Below are positions 37,166 through 45,812 of a DNA stretch of 64,000 nucleotides, piece by piece; position 1 is the first letter of the stretch; the number at the start of each line of letters is the position of its first letter. Below the pieces are notes generated by a model. That model did not search any database and had not been told where the DNA came from. It saw nothing but the letters and a program-made list of their open reading frames with translations. The position numbers and the translations under genes are program-made. Source of the DNA: a virus (Duplodnaviria; Caudoviricetes); the IMG/VR virus record IMGVR_UViG_3300033076_001518, positions 1,526 through 65,525 of that record; one strand, 5' to 3'.

Positions 37166-38056
37166 TCACATGAGCCCGTAGAACCGCGCGTATCGCGGCC
37201 GATCCTTGATGCCGTAGCCGAAGCAGCGCCAGTGACACACGGCTCCGATCAGCGAGCGCCCTCCGTTCTCGAAGTGAGCCTTGCGCTCGGCGTGTGACAT
37301 GATGCCGGGGCTCAACCGCATCGGGCCCCACTTTTTGTCCTTGGCGAGGATCGTGCCGATCATGCCTTTGCCGATCTTGCCGGCCTTGGCGCTGCTGCGC
37401 TTGGTGCGACCGAGCACGTCGCGGGTGGCCTCGTTCGTGTTCTCTTCGGCCTCTTCGTAGCCGGTGATCACCGCCTCGCCGTCGATGAATCGCTTGAGCT
37501 TGACCAGCCACTCTTGCCGCAGCGAGCTGCGCCCGTTCTTGTAGGGTGCCGTGGGATCTCGCAACATGATACCCTCGTAGCCCTGCTCGATGAAGTAACG
37601 CTCGACGTTCTCGGCCTCGAGGGCATCGGCGACATTCAGGTGCGGCACGATCTCGATGCGGTCGCAGCCAGCGAACTCCTCGGACAGAAAAGTGAAGTTG
37701 GCTTCGAACTCCGGGGCCAAACGCTCCGGCGAGTCGAACAGGTGGAACGTGAAGTCCGGCGTGCCGTCGCGCCGCTTGATCCCCGACATCGTCCGCCCCA
37801 GCACCGTCCCCTCGCCGGTCTCGACCGGGCTGCCGACGATCAGCTCCCCGTCGAGGTTGTGCAGCCCGTTGGCGCGCACCCAGTCCTGAAGGTACCCGTT
37901 CGGGAGAGGCTCCGCGTTGCGCGAGTACGCGACGCCTTCCCAGATGACGCAGCGCAGCCCGTCCAGCTTGGGACTGCCGAGCTTGGGGTACCGCAGCGTC
38001 GTGAGGTCGTTGTTGACCTTGGCCAAGTCGGCCGCCAGCATAGGCTTGAACTTCAC
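37166..38056 (-). CDS. ATP-dependent DNA ligase
   Basis: SPKLDGLR (motif I), LDGEL, FHLFD, EGIMLR, VKLK. Confidence 0.92.
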   Translation of the reverse strand: MKFKPMLAADLAKVNNDLTTLRYPKLGSPKLDGLRCVIWEGVAYSRNAEPLPNGYLQDWVRANGLHNLDGELIVGSPVETGEGTVLGRTMSGIKRRDGTPDFTFHLFDSPERLAPEFEANFTFLSEEFAGCDRIEIVPHLNVADALEAENVERYFIEQGYEGIMLRDPTAPYKNGRSSLRQEWLVKLKRFIDGEAVITGYEEAEENTNEATRDVLGRTKRSSAKAGKIGKGMIGTILAKDKKWGPMRLSPGIMSHAERKAHFENGGRSLIGAVCHWRCFGYGIKDRPRYARFYGLM

Positions 38057-38265
38057 TCGACGTCCTGTGGTTGAATCTTGAACATCCAATCCGAGTCCAA
38101 CGCATCGGGCGCGCAGAACTCGGCCCTCGGAAACTCGCGCAAAACCGCGGAGCGGAAATCGGCGATCCTCATCTCCGGCCATCGCCCGGACCACGCCAGC
38201 ACCCAAGCGTTAGCGGTTCGGGCTTCGTTACGAACCCAGGCGCAGAAGATAGCGAACCGACTCAT
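38053..38265 (-). CDS. hypothetical protein
   Basis: ATGA/GTGA coupling on both sides. Confidence 0.5.
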   Translation of the reverse strand: MSRFAIFCAWVRNEARTANAWVLAWSGRWPEMRIADFRSAVLREFPRAEFCAPDALDSDWMFKIQPQDVE

Positions 38266-38702
38266 TTCTTCACAAGCCCGCTGCCCTCGCACGTGTCGCA
38301 CAGTGCCCACGTGCCGCCAGTGTAGCCCTTCTTGCGCAGCACCTCACCCTCGCCTCTGCACGCTCCACACTCGCGGTGAGTCTTCAGCAGCCCGGCGCGG
38401 TACATCCTGTGGCGGGCGGGGTCCGTCAGCGTCTCGTACGCCACGTTCGCCGCGCTCGTCACGTCGTGCGCCAGCATCTGCAACTCCTGGTCCGCGTTGA
38501 CGAACCAGTCCGGGTGAGCGCGGGCGGCGATCTTCTTGCGCGCAGCGTTAAGCTCAGACACGTCGCCTTTCTTCACGCCGCGATGCGTGGTCTCGAGCCG
38601 GTCGTAGTGGTTCTGGTCCGGCGCGAGCATCTCCCGCAGCTCCAACCTCTCGCGCGCCCAGGGGTCGGTAGCCAGCAGCGCGGTGCGGCGACGGCGGGTC
38701 AC
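38262..38702 (-). CDS. DnaJ-like protein (J-domain plus CxxCxGxG zinc repeats)
   Basis: ARKKIAARAHPD, AANVAYETLTDP..R..Y, CGACRGEG, CDTCEGSG. Confidence 0.8.
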   Translation of the reverse strand: MTRRRRTALLATDPWARERLELREMLAPDQNHYDRLETTHRGVKKGDVSELNAARKKIAARAHPDWFVNADQELQMLAHDVTSAANVAYETLTDPARHRMYRAGLLKTHRECGACRGEGEVLRKKGYTGGTWALCDTCEGSGLVKK

Positions 38703-39007
38703 CACGGCTTGGGCTCCAACCCGTAGCGTTGGAGAGCCTGGCGGAGAAGCTCGGCTCCGATCAGGAGCGCGCTCGCGGCCGCTTCGGTTCGTACCGTCTG
38801 GCGAGAAGGGAGCGACTCGTCGAGGTGGTGCATCGCGCCCGAGATGAGCAGCATAGCTGCCGCATAGTCGGCGTCGGGCGACTCGGCGGGCCGGATCGTG
38901 AAGCCGGCGGCCGGCTCGCGCCGGACGCTCTCCGCGATCTTGAGCATCTCGTTGCCGCGGCGCAGCGCCACGGAGACGAGGCGAGGGGGTTGAGTGGGAT
39001 CGTTCAT
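38699..39007 (-). CDS. hypothetical protein
   Basis: 102-aa ORF coupled to the J-domain gene. Confidence 0.5.
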   Translation of the reverse strand: MNDPTQPPRLVSVALRRGNEMLKIAESVRREPAAGFTIRPAESPDADYAAAMLLISGAMHHLDESLPSRQTVRTEAAASALLIGAELLRQALQRYGLEPKPW

Positions 39008-39030
39008 GGTGGGTGAAGTCTAGTCCGGTT

Positions 39031-39324
39031 TCATCGCCAGTAGGTGACCCCGTCTTTGCAGAGCCACGCGGTGCGCGCCGGGGTCGTGCCCACACCGAAG
39101 GTCGTCACGACCTGACCGTTCGGGCCTACGCCCGTGCCGATCACGGGGACCACCGAGCTGGGTACGCGCTCCACCACGCGGCACTCGTTCGCCACGCGGA
39201 ACGCCTCCCAGCGCTCGGCGTCGCGCTGCGCTGCGTGGAGCATGAAAGCGATGAATGCGAGTACCGCCAAGATGAGCCCGATAGGCACGATTACCTCGAG
39301 AAATGTGTCGACGAGATCTGACAT
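39031..39324 (-). CDS. hypothetical membrane protein
   Basis: N-terminal TM (VIVPIGLILAVLAFIAFML), then WEAFRVANECRVV...WLCKDGVTYWR. Confidence 0.6.
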   Translation of the reverse strand: MSDLVDTFLEVIVPIGLILAVLAFIAFMLHAAQRDAERWEAFRVANECRVVERVPSSVVPVIGTGVGPNGQVVTTFGVGTTPARTAWLCKDGVTYWR

Positions 39325-39335
39325 TCTATTTCTCC

Positions 39336-40895
39336 TCACTTCGCCGGCATCAGGACCAGCTCAACCTTCGCGCGGGTGGCCGCCACGTAGCACAGGTTGT
39401 CCTCCTGCGCACGTTCCCAGTCCAACCGGGCCCAGGGCGAGGCGCCCGTCTCGAGCCACACCACGCGGCCCCACTCGCGGCCCTTGGCCTTGTGAATCGA
39501 GCTGAACGTGACCTGCGGGCGGGGCGTGCCTTCGGCGGTGTCGGCGAAGAGGGCGTCGATCTCGGCCAGCAGGTCCGCCACCGCCCCGGCGCCGCGGGTC
39601 TTCTCGCGCACGCGGGCGATCAGCACATTCAGGCAGGTGACCTTGTCCTCGAGCGTTACCGCCTGGGACTCCTTGTCCTTGGCGCGCAGCTTCGCGGTCT
39701 CCGACTCGGCGTAGGTCTCCAGGTAGGAGGCGAGCTTCGTCAGCGACTCGGTCTTCCAACGGGTCGCGAGGTCCTTCAGCCCTTGGCCGATCTCGCGCCC
39801 CTCGATCCGCGCGGGAATGCCGGCGGCGATGAGCGCGTACACGTGCGTCACGAGCGGAGCGTTGAACCGGCACAGCACCGCGTCGCCCGGCCGGGCTTCC
39901 TTGGCCAGGTCCTTGATCCCCGCGTTGCGCACCACGCCTTCGGGCGCGGTCGCGTGCGCTTGGATGTGATCGACCCAGGTCTGCGCGAACTCGACCACCT
40001 TCTTCGGGCAGCGGTACGTCACCGTCAGCGGCAGGCGGATGGCGTTGGTGCGCGCGGCGATCAGGTCCAGCGCGTCGAAGTCGGCGCCCGTGAACCCGTA
40101 GATGGCCTGGTGCGGGTCGCCCACCGCGACCAGGCGGCCGGACTTCTTCAGCATCCGCAGCGCCAGCTCGCGGCGCGTGGCGTTGGTGTCTTGGGCCTCG
40201 TCGACGAGCACCCAGTCGTGGGCCCAGACGCGGGCGTTGTGCACCAGCGGGGCGTAGATCATGTCGTCGTAGTCGATCACGCCGCTGCAGGTCTCGTTCG
40301 AGATGCGCAGGACGCGGCTCGCCAGGTCAACCGCCTCGGTGGTGCGGTCGGTGCCGCGGAGCTGATCGCGCGGAATCTCGAGGTTGAAGTGCTCGATGAG
40401 GCCGTCCCACGCCTCGCGGGTCTCGGCCTGGAGGACGTGAAGCCCGGCCTGCTTGGCGAGGCTCACCAGGCGCAGCACCGGGGCCTCCAGCGGGCGGAGC
40501 GCCGGGTTGGCGCCGCTGAACGCGCTGCGGAAGATGTCGCGGCACTTGGCGCCCTCGACCTTCACGTTCGGGGCGGCGCGGCGCCAGAAGCGGAAGCCCG
40601 CGGCGTGGAACGTGCTGACGTCGACCTTCGCGGCGACGTTCGCCACGCGGGAGCGGATCTCCTCGGCGATCGCCTTGTTGTAGGCGCCGAAGAAGACGTC
40701 GCCGCGCATGAGCCCGAGCGCGTGGACCAGCGTGGTGGTCTTGCCGGCGCCGGCCACCGCCTCCAGGACGCAGCTGCCGCTGCCGTTCTGAACCCAGCCG
40801 AAGAAGTCGGCCTGCTGGGGGCTGGGGGTGAAGACGGCGGGGGCCTTGGCGGCGCCGCCAAGCTTGGCGAGACGATCGGCGGAGAGGGCGGTCAC
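39336..40895 (-). CDS. UvrD/Rep-like superfamily 1 helicase
   Basis: AVAGAGKTT, STFHA, LVDEAQD, VGDPHQAIYGF, TYRCP, SSIHKAKGREW, NLCYVAATRAK. Confidence 0.92.
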   Translation of the reverse strand: MTALSADRLAKLGGAAKAPAVFTPSPQQADFFGWVQNGSGSCVLEAVAGAGKTTTLVHALGLMRGDVFFGAYNKAIAEEIRSRVANVAAKVDVSTFHAAGFRFWRRAAPNVKVEGAKCRDIFRSAFSGANPALRPLEAPVLRLVSLAKQAGLHVLQAETREAWDGLIEHFNLEIPRDQLRGTDRTTEAVDLASRVLRISNETCSGVIDYDDMIYAPLVHNARVWAHDWVLVDEAQDTNATRRELALRMLKKSGRLVAVGDPHQAIYGFTGADFDALDLIAARTNAIRLPLTVTYRCPKKVVEFAQTWVDHIQAHATAPEGVVRNAGIKDLAKEARPGDAVLCRFNAPLVTHVYALIAAGIPARIEGREIGQGLKDLATRWKTESLTKLASYLETYAESETAKLRAKDKESQAVTLEDKVTCLNVLIARVREKTRGAGAVADLLAEIDALFADTAEGTPRPQVTFSSIHKAKGREWGRVVWLETGASPWARLDWERAQEDNLCYVAATRAKVELVLMPAK

Positions 40896-40927
40896 TTCGA
40901 GAACTCCGGTGGAGTGGTTGGTGCGTG

Positions 40928-40994
40928 AATTATGCCGCGGTTTTGCGCAGCACGGGGAGCAATCCCTACTGCGCAACCGGGCTATTTCGGCAGC
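40928..40994 (-). promoter_or_regulatory. phage promoter cassette, copy A
   Basis: Minus strand CTGCCGAAATAGCCCGG-N5-CAGTAGGGATT...CCCCGT-N17-CATAAT; upstream of the helicase gene. Confidence 0.65.
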
Positions 40995-41278
40995 TGGTCG
41001 CGCAGGTCGGAGCAGCAGCCCGGGCAGAGTCGGCCGGACCAACCACGTAGGCTGATGACCGTGATCTCCTCGACGCGCTCGTTGCAGGCGTTGCAGCGAC
41101 CCTCGTCGACGCCGCGCCCCTGGTAGACCCGGATGTCGCGCTCGCCCATCTCGGGCGAGAACCCAAGCTGCCGCGCCACCCACACGGGGTCGGACGCGGT
41201 GCGCTCGGCGACGTTCTGGATGGAGCGGCGCACGCCGTGTCGCCCGCGCTCTTCCTGGTACATCTCGAAGAGGGTCAC
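40982..41278 (-). CDS. hypothetical protein
   Basis: 98 aa with CNAC...CPGC; ends in LPK*. Confidence 0.55.
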   Translation of the reverse strand: MTLFEMYQEERGRHGVRRSIQNVAERTASDPVWVARQLGFSPEMGERDIRVYQGRGVDEGRCNACNERVEEITVISLRGWSGRLCPGCCSDLRDQLPK

Positions 41279-41709
41279 AGCTCACCTCGCGCCAGTCGCC
41301 AGCCGAGCTTGACCTGCTCCAGCGCGTCGGCGCCGTACTTGAAGCCGCGCGCCTCCATCTTCGCCCAGGTCCGCGTGAACGCGTCGTCGGAGGTCTCGGG
41401 TGGGGTTGGCTCCGGCTTCTTCGACTGCGCCGCGCTCGGCACCTCGATCTCCGGAACGGGCACGAGCGGCACAGTCGCGGTGTCCTCACCGAGGAGGAGT
41501 TTCTTGGCCGTGTTCGGCAGCGTCAACGAAGCCGAGTAGCGCGGCTGGGGCGCCCCACGCAGCCCTCCCATCTTGTCGGGCCAGACCCAGGCGCGGCGCC
41601 CGCCTTTGTTGACGCCGGTATAACACAGGCGCGTGCTGCGTGGCAGCTCGACTCGCACGAAGCCGCGGGCTTCGAGCGCGCGGATGATCCGTTCCGTTTT
41701 CGTCGTCAT
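41275..41709 (-). CDS. hypothetical protein
   Basis: 144-aa ORF, coupled. Confidence 0.55.
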   Translation of the reverse strand: MTTKTERIIRALEARGFVRVELPRSTRLCYTGVNKGGRRAWVWPDKMGGLRGAPQPRYSASLTLPNTAKKLLLGEDTATVPLVPVPEIEVPSAAQSKKPEPTPPETSDDAFTRTWAKMEARGFKYGADALEQVKLGWRLARGEL

Positions 41710-41722
41710 CGCGCGGGCCGCC

Positions 41723-42229
41723 TCAGAAGCTCGGGTTACGTTCGTTGCGCTCGCCGTGAACCAGCGTCCACGTGCCGCCGGCCTGAACCCAGCGGGCCGA
41801 CTCGCCGCGCCGGTAGAACTTCAGCTCTTCACCATCGCCGCACGTGGTGATGACGCGGAGGTTGGTGCTCACCTTCACGACGCGGCCCACGGGGTAGTAG
41901 TCGCCGTTGAAACCCTTCGACACCACGTCGTTCACCATCGGCGCGGCGACCACGTCGTACCGCGGGTAGCAGCCGGGGCCGTTGTCGATCGGGATGTACA
42001 GCTGGTACGGGATGGTGCCGTTGGCGCCGCGCTTGGCGTTCTCGGTCGCGGCGTCGGCCACACGACGGGCGAACTCCATCGTCGGCATGTCGTTGCGGTT
42101 GAGCCAGCCACCCTTGCCGGTGGGCTTGCCGTTGATGTCGAAGTACCACTGCTGCTCGGTCTGCGGCTGCTTGCTTTCGAACGCGATCGCCGTGACCTGG
42201 TCTTCGGGAGTGAGGCGGAAGTAGAGCAT
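41723..42229 (-). CDS. hypothetical early protein
   Basis: ATG 42229; strong phage codon bias. Confidence 0.6.
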   Translation of the reverse strand: MLYFRLTPEDQVTAIAFESKQPQTEQQWYFDINGKPTGKGGWLNRNDMPTMEFARRVADAATENAKRGANGTIPYQLYIPIDNGPGCYPRYDVVAAPMVNDVVSKGFNGDYYPVGRVVKVSTNLRVITTCGDGEELKFYRRGESARWVQAGGTWTLVHGERNERNPSF

Positions 42230-42230
42230 C

Positions 42231-42419
42231 TCAGAACACCTCGCCCAGCTGCTTAGCGATGGCGCGCCCGGCTTCTTCCACGCGCAACGCTTGGCGATCG
42301 ATGATGTCCAGAACGGTCTCGCTGTTGGCCACACGGCGCTCAGCCTGCAGCGTGTAGCGGCGGTCGCGGAGCGCGATCAGCGTCTCGCGAGCGATGTCTT
42401 CGGGGAGGGAGATGAGCAT
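42231..42419 (-). CDS. hypothetical protein
   Basis: 62-aa helical ORF downstream of cassette B. Confidence 0.5.
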   Translation of the reverse strand: MLISLPEDIARETLIALRDRRYTLQAERRVANSETVLDIIDRQALRVEEAGRAIAKQLGEVF

Positions 42420-42449
42420 TTCGCAGGGCTCCGAGTGAGTTGGTGCCTG

Positions 42450-42516
42450 AATCATACTGCGGATTTCCGCAGAGCGGGGACCAATCCCTACTGAAATGCC
42501 GGGTTATTTCGGCAGC
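42450..42516 (-). promoter_or_regulatory. phage promoter cassette, copy B
   Basis: Minus strand CTGCCGAAATAACCCGG-N5-CAGTAGGGATT...CCCCGC-N17-TATGAT. Confidence 0.65.
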
Positions 42517-42749
42517 GAGTCGAGCGCGGCTTGGCCCTCCGGGGTCAGCTCGAACCCGACGGCCGTGTCGTCGCCGTGCGCGATGTTCAATCTAAGCAGC
42601 CCGGCGTCTAGCAGATCTCTGGCTGTGGCGTAGCGCACGTCGCCGCGCACATCGCTGCTGCCCCAGCGACAGTCTCGCCGTTTCACAAGCAGCACCACGT
42701 CGTCGCGCGCATAGCGCAGCGCACGCAACCTAGCAGGCGTAAGCTTCAC
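42504..42749 (-). CDS. hypothetical protein (possible winged helix)
   Basis: ATARDLLDAGLL...FELTPEG pattern; ends in LPK*. Confidence 0.5.
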   Translation of the reverse strand: MKLTPARLRALRYARDDVVLLVKRRDCRWGSSDVRGDVRYATARDLLDAGLLRLNIAHGDDTAVGFELTPEGQAALDSLPK

Positions 42750-42991
42750 GCTACTGTTTCCAGCTTGAACTCACTTCGGGCGCCGCCCACGCTCACCGAG
42801 TAGTCGTTCAGCTCGCGCCAGAACTTCAACCGCTCTTCTGGGTCGGCCCCGGGCTTGAGGGATCTCATGTCCTCCAGCGGCGCCCAGGCTGTCCACACTT
42901 GCGCCTCGCTGAAATTGCACCCGTCGTAGCAGCGCCGCTGCGGATCGGTGTTCACGACCACCTGCATACGCTGCCAGATGACGAGATTCAT
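42746..42991 (-). CDS. hypothetical protein
   Basis: VNTDPQRRCYDGC...W..W motif; TGATG coupling. Confidence 0.6.
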   Translation of the reverse strand: MNLVIWQRMQVVVNTDPQRRCYDGCNFSEAQVWTAWAPLEDMRSLKPGADPEERLKFWRELNDYSVSVGGARSEFKLETVA

Positions 42992-43380
42992 CACGGCGCC
43001 ACCTCCACCGCCAGCGTCACGGGTTGCGTGCGCTGCAGCGGCACCCACAGCACGCGCCCGCCCACGCCGCTGCCGCCGAATCGGTAGCTCACCGCGGCGT
43101 AGACCGTGGGGTACTTAGACGTCGGGTCGCTGGCCCATCCACGCTTCGTCGAGGGGTAGCCGCTCACGAGCCCGCCGCTTAGGGCCCACCCGCCGCTCAG
43201 TTCGTACGTGTAGCCGAGCTGGAGGCTCGTGCGACGGAGCGTGTTGCGGTAGGCCCCGGCAGTGAACCCGCTCGGCGCGACGACGTAGACGCCCGGTGTG
43301 GCCAGCGTCCGCTCGGCGCCGACGTTCATGTCGCCGAGGTGGGTGCTGAGCAGCATGACGCCGATGATCAGCTCGTTCAT
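42991..43380 (-). CDS. putative small beta-barrel / envelope protein
   Basis: Alternating beta-strand patterns with aromatic residues (TPGVYV, AGAYRNT, LQLGYTY, GGLVSGY). Confidence 0.5.
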   Translation of the reverse strand: MNELIIGVMLLSTHLGDMNVGAERTLATPGVYVVAPSGFTAGAYRNTLRRTSLQLGYTYELSGGWALSGGLVSGYPSTKRGWASDPTSKYPTVYAAVSYRFGGSGVGGRVLWVPLQRTQPVTLAVEVAP

Positions 43381-43550
43381 TGCCTGCCTTTCGTGGGGCT
43401 GTACTTATTGCGTACTCGCTGGATCAGCAGCGGAAGGTCCTCCGAGAACGCGACGGGTTTCGAGGCGTCGCGGCGCAGGAAATAGCCCCAGACCCACACG
43501 TTGAGGGTGAGGATATACCAGCGTCGAACATGACCGCGGTGTTTCATCAT
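43377..43550 (-). CDS. hypothetical protein
   Basis: 57-aa ORF, coupled. Confidence 0.45.
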   Translation of the reverse strand: MMKHRGHVRRWYILTLNVWVWGYFLRRDASKPVAFSEDLPLLIQRVRNKYSPTKGRQ

Positions 43551-43789
43551 GTCGACTTCTCCGTGGACTTCAGCAGGTTGCGCGCGCCGTTCAACGCGAG
43601 GATGCGGCGCGCGACACGCTGGCAGTGGGCGCACCGCTCCTGCGGCACGACCCCGACGTGGCACGGCGCGTCGGCCGCGGGCATGGAGTACGCGCCGGGC
43701 GAGGCCTCGATCGCCTCGACCAGCTCACGCAGCACCTCGAGAACGTCGGACCTCTCGTCTCGCAGCCGCTGAACACTGTGCCGGTTCAT
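43547..43789 (-). CDS. hypothetical protein
   Basis: 80 aa with CH...CAHC; coupled. Confidence 0.5.
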   Translation of the reverse strand: MNRHSVQRLRDERSDVLEVLRELVEAIEASPGAYSMPAADAPCHVGVVPQERCAHCQRVARRILALNGARNLLKSTEKST

Positions 43790-44493
43790 GCGCCGAGCCT
43801 CAGCTGGTCCTGGTCCTTGTGCATCGCGCGGTACAGGCTCGCACCTTCGGCCGCCGCTGCTCCGGCCGAACGGGCCGCGTGGCTGTTGACGACCTGGTCG
43901 GCCTTCTTCTCCTTCGCCATGCGGCCGCCGGTCGCCTCCTCGTACCGGAGCCGGATGGCCTCGGCCACGGCGGCATCGCCCACGTAGTCGGTGATCTTGC
44001 GGCTCAGCGCATGCACGAACCCGACTCCGAACGCGTCGGCCTCCGCCGCCTTGCGCGGGCGCGTCCACCACTCCGGCAGCGTGGCGACGTACTCGGCGCG
44101 GGCCTTGATCAGCTGGCGGCGCAGCACGTCGGTCGCGTAGCTGATCAGCTCGATCTGCACCTTCGGTGCGTAGATCGTGTAGTGACCCTTCGTGCGGAAC
44201 CCCTTGGGGCCGCTCCCGCCGGTCCAGGTGAAGCGCGCACCGAACGCGCGGCAGACCTGGTGCAGCAGCGCGTTCTCCCACGGCGGCGGGGTGTCGGCGC
44301 GAGAGGTGCCGATGCGAAGCGAGTCCACCTCGCTCGCGGCCAACGTGCCCTCGCTGAGCCCGTGCTCGGCCATGAGCTTCTGCGCCATGCGCATGGCGTT
44401 CGCGGCTTCCGCCTCGTTGCCGCGGCCGTCGGAGGCCATCGCCAGCAGCTTCTTGAGCCGGCGCATCACGTTCTCGGGGATCGGGGAGCTCAT
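43786..44493 (-). CDS. DUF2786-domain protein
   Basis: RRLKKLLAMA...NEAEAANAMRMAQKLMAEHGL N-terminus. Confidence 0.8.
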   Translation of the reverse strand: MSSPIPENVMRRLKKLLAMASDGRGNEAEAANAMRMAQKLMAEHGLSEGTLAASEVDSLRIGTSRADTPPPWENALLHQVCRAFGARFTWTGGSGPKGFRTKGHYTIYAPKVQIELISYATDVLRRQLIKARAEYVATLPEWWTRPRKAAEADAFGVGFVHALSRKITDYVGDAAVAEAIRLRYEEATGGRMAKEKKADQVVNSHAARSAGAAAAEGASLYRAMHKDQDQLRLGA

Positions 44494-44801
44494 TGCTCGC
44501 CACCTCCATCTTCCAGAGTGAACAGGTACTCGTCGCGGATCGCGGTCAGGGTCGGCGCGCCCTCGACGCTCCACGCCTCGGGCTTGACCTTCGGGTCCAG
44601 CGTCACCGGCACCACGTAGGTGGCGTCCGCGCCGCGGTACACGTGCAGCACCTGGGCCCCCTCCGCAGGGCGGAGCCCGGTGCCGATCTGCTGCGGGGCG
44701 ACGGTCGCGACCAGCGAGGTCAGCTCGCGCTGGCTCGCCGGGTCCGTGACGATGAACTCCCGCACGCGCACCCCGGTGTCGTAGGGGCTGCGCGCGCTCA
44801 C
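44490..44801 (-). CDS. hypothetical protein
   Basis: GTGA coupling; strong codon bias. Confidence 0.55.
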   Translation of the reverse strand: MSARSPYDTGVRVREFIVTDPASQRELTSLVATVAPQQIGTGLRPAEGAQVLHVYRGADATYVVPVTLDPKVKPEAWSVEGAPTLTAIRDEYLFTLEDGGGEQ

Positions 44802-45430
44802 TTCGGCTCCGCGGTCTTGATCCAGCCCATCTTCTGGTCCCACACCACGTCGCGGCGCTGGCCGCCCGCGGCGATGTAGGCGGCGACGGTCATGCCGTTG
44901 CGGTAGAGCGCGTAGCGGTCGGCCGCGGTGCCGCGCTTGGGGTTGTCGCCCTTGTGCACCACCGTGATGATCGCGTCCTCGGTGAAGCTGGCGCGACCAC
45001 CGCCGGCCTTCTTGGGCGCGGCGGGCTTGGCGCTCTTCGCGGCGGGCTTGGCGCTCTTCGCGGCGGGCTTGGCGGTCGACGGGTGAGCGCCCTGCGACGC
45101 GAGGACGCGCGCCATGTGCTCGGCGGCGGAGGGCGTCGCGGGCTTCTTGACCGTGAGCATGTCGCCGCTGCCGCCCAGGTTGAAAGCGAGCTTCCCGGCA
45201 GGCTTCTCGGCCTTCTTGATCAGGGCCTCGACACGCGGGTTGCCCGCGGGGTCCTTCGGCTCGCCCTCGGCCTTCGCGGCGATCAGCGCGGTGGCGCGCT
45301 CGACGCCCTTGGCGCGGGTCTCGAACTTCTTGATCGGGGGCTTGCCGCTGTGCTCGTTGACGAACGCCACGAGCTCCGCCATCGACGCGGCGGCGACTTC
45401 GACCTTGGTGGACTTGAGAGTCAGGGACAT
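44798..45430 (-). CDS. Lys/Ala-rich histone-like protein (paralogue of 23892-24596)
   Basis: AKPAAKSAKPAAKSAKPAAPKK, then NPKRGTAADRYALYRNGMTVAAYIAAGG. Confidence 0.7.
   Translation of the reverse strand: MSLTLKSTKVEVAAASMAELVAFVNEHSGKPPIKKFETRAKGVERATALIAAKAEGEPKDPAGNPRVEALIKKAEKPAGKLAFNLGGSGDMLTVKKPATPSAAEHMARVLASQGAHPSTAKPAAKSAKPAAKSAKPAAPKKAGGGRASFTEDAIITVVHKGDNPKRGTAADRYALYRNGMTVAAYIAAGGQRRDVVWDQKMGWIKTAEPK
45018..45074 (-). repeat. 21-nt tandem repeat (about 2.7 copies) encoding KSAKPAA
   Basis: gcggcgggcttggcgctcttc twice, plus a partial third copy. Confidence 0.85.
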
Positions 45431-45489
45431 GATGCTGGGGCCTCGCTCGCCCGGGACAGAGGGGTAGTTGAGTTCTCTGTCGCTGGCGC

Positions 45490-45551
45490 AATTATGCTCC
45501 ATCTGCAGGATCTGCGGGAAATCCCTACTGATTTGCAGGGTTTTACGGCAG
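45490..45551 (-). promoter_or_regulatory. phage promoter cassette, copy C (more diverged)
   Basis: Minus strand CTGCCGTAAAACCCTG-N5-CAGTAGGGATT-TCCCGC-N17-CATAAT. Confidence 0.6.
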
Positions 45552-45812
45552 GTCGCCGAACTTGGTCCTTAGCTTGAACTCACTCGGCGGGCGATGGCGC
45601 TGGTTCGGGCTGGGTGCGCGCTTGCGCTCATACAGGATGAGCTCCTCCGCTAGCTGCTGCAGCCGATTGCGCAGCGTCGCGGTGTCTTCGGTGAAGCCGG
45701 CTTCCGTGAGCAGGTCGTTGGCCTCCGTTGCGGTGATCCAGCCGCGCCCCTCCAGCAGCTTGAGCAACCGAGCGATGCGCTTCGTGTGCGCCGAGGAGCC
45801 GAGTCTAGCCAC
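45543..45812 (-). CDS. putative winged-helix DNA-binding protein
   Basis: RIARLLKLLEGRGWITATEA...TATLRNRLQQLAEELIL; start uncertain (45812 or 45824). Confidence 0.5.
   Translation of the reverse strand: MARLGSSAHTKRIARLLKLLEGRGWITATEANDLLTEAGFTEDTATLRNRLQQLAEELILYERKRAPSPNQRHRPPSEFKLRTKFGDLP

Noticed and set aside
39303-40928. 541-aa plus-strand ORF
   Set aside because: Antisense shadow of the UvrD helicase gene; long stop-free opposite frames are expected at this GC content and codon bias.
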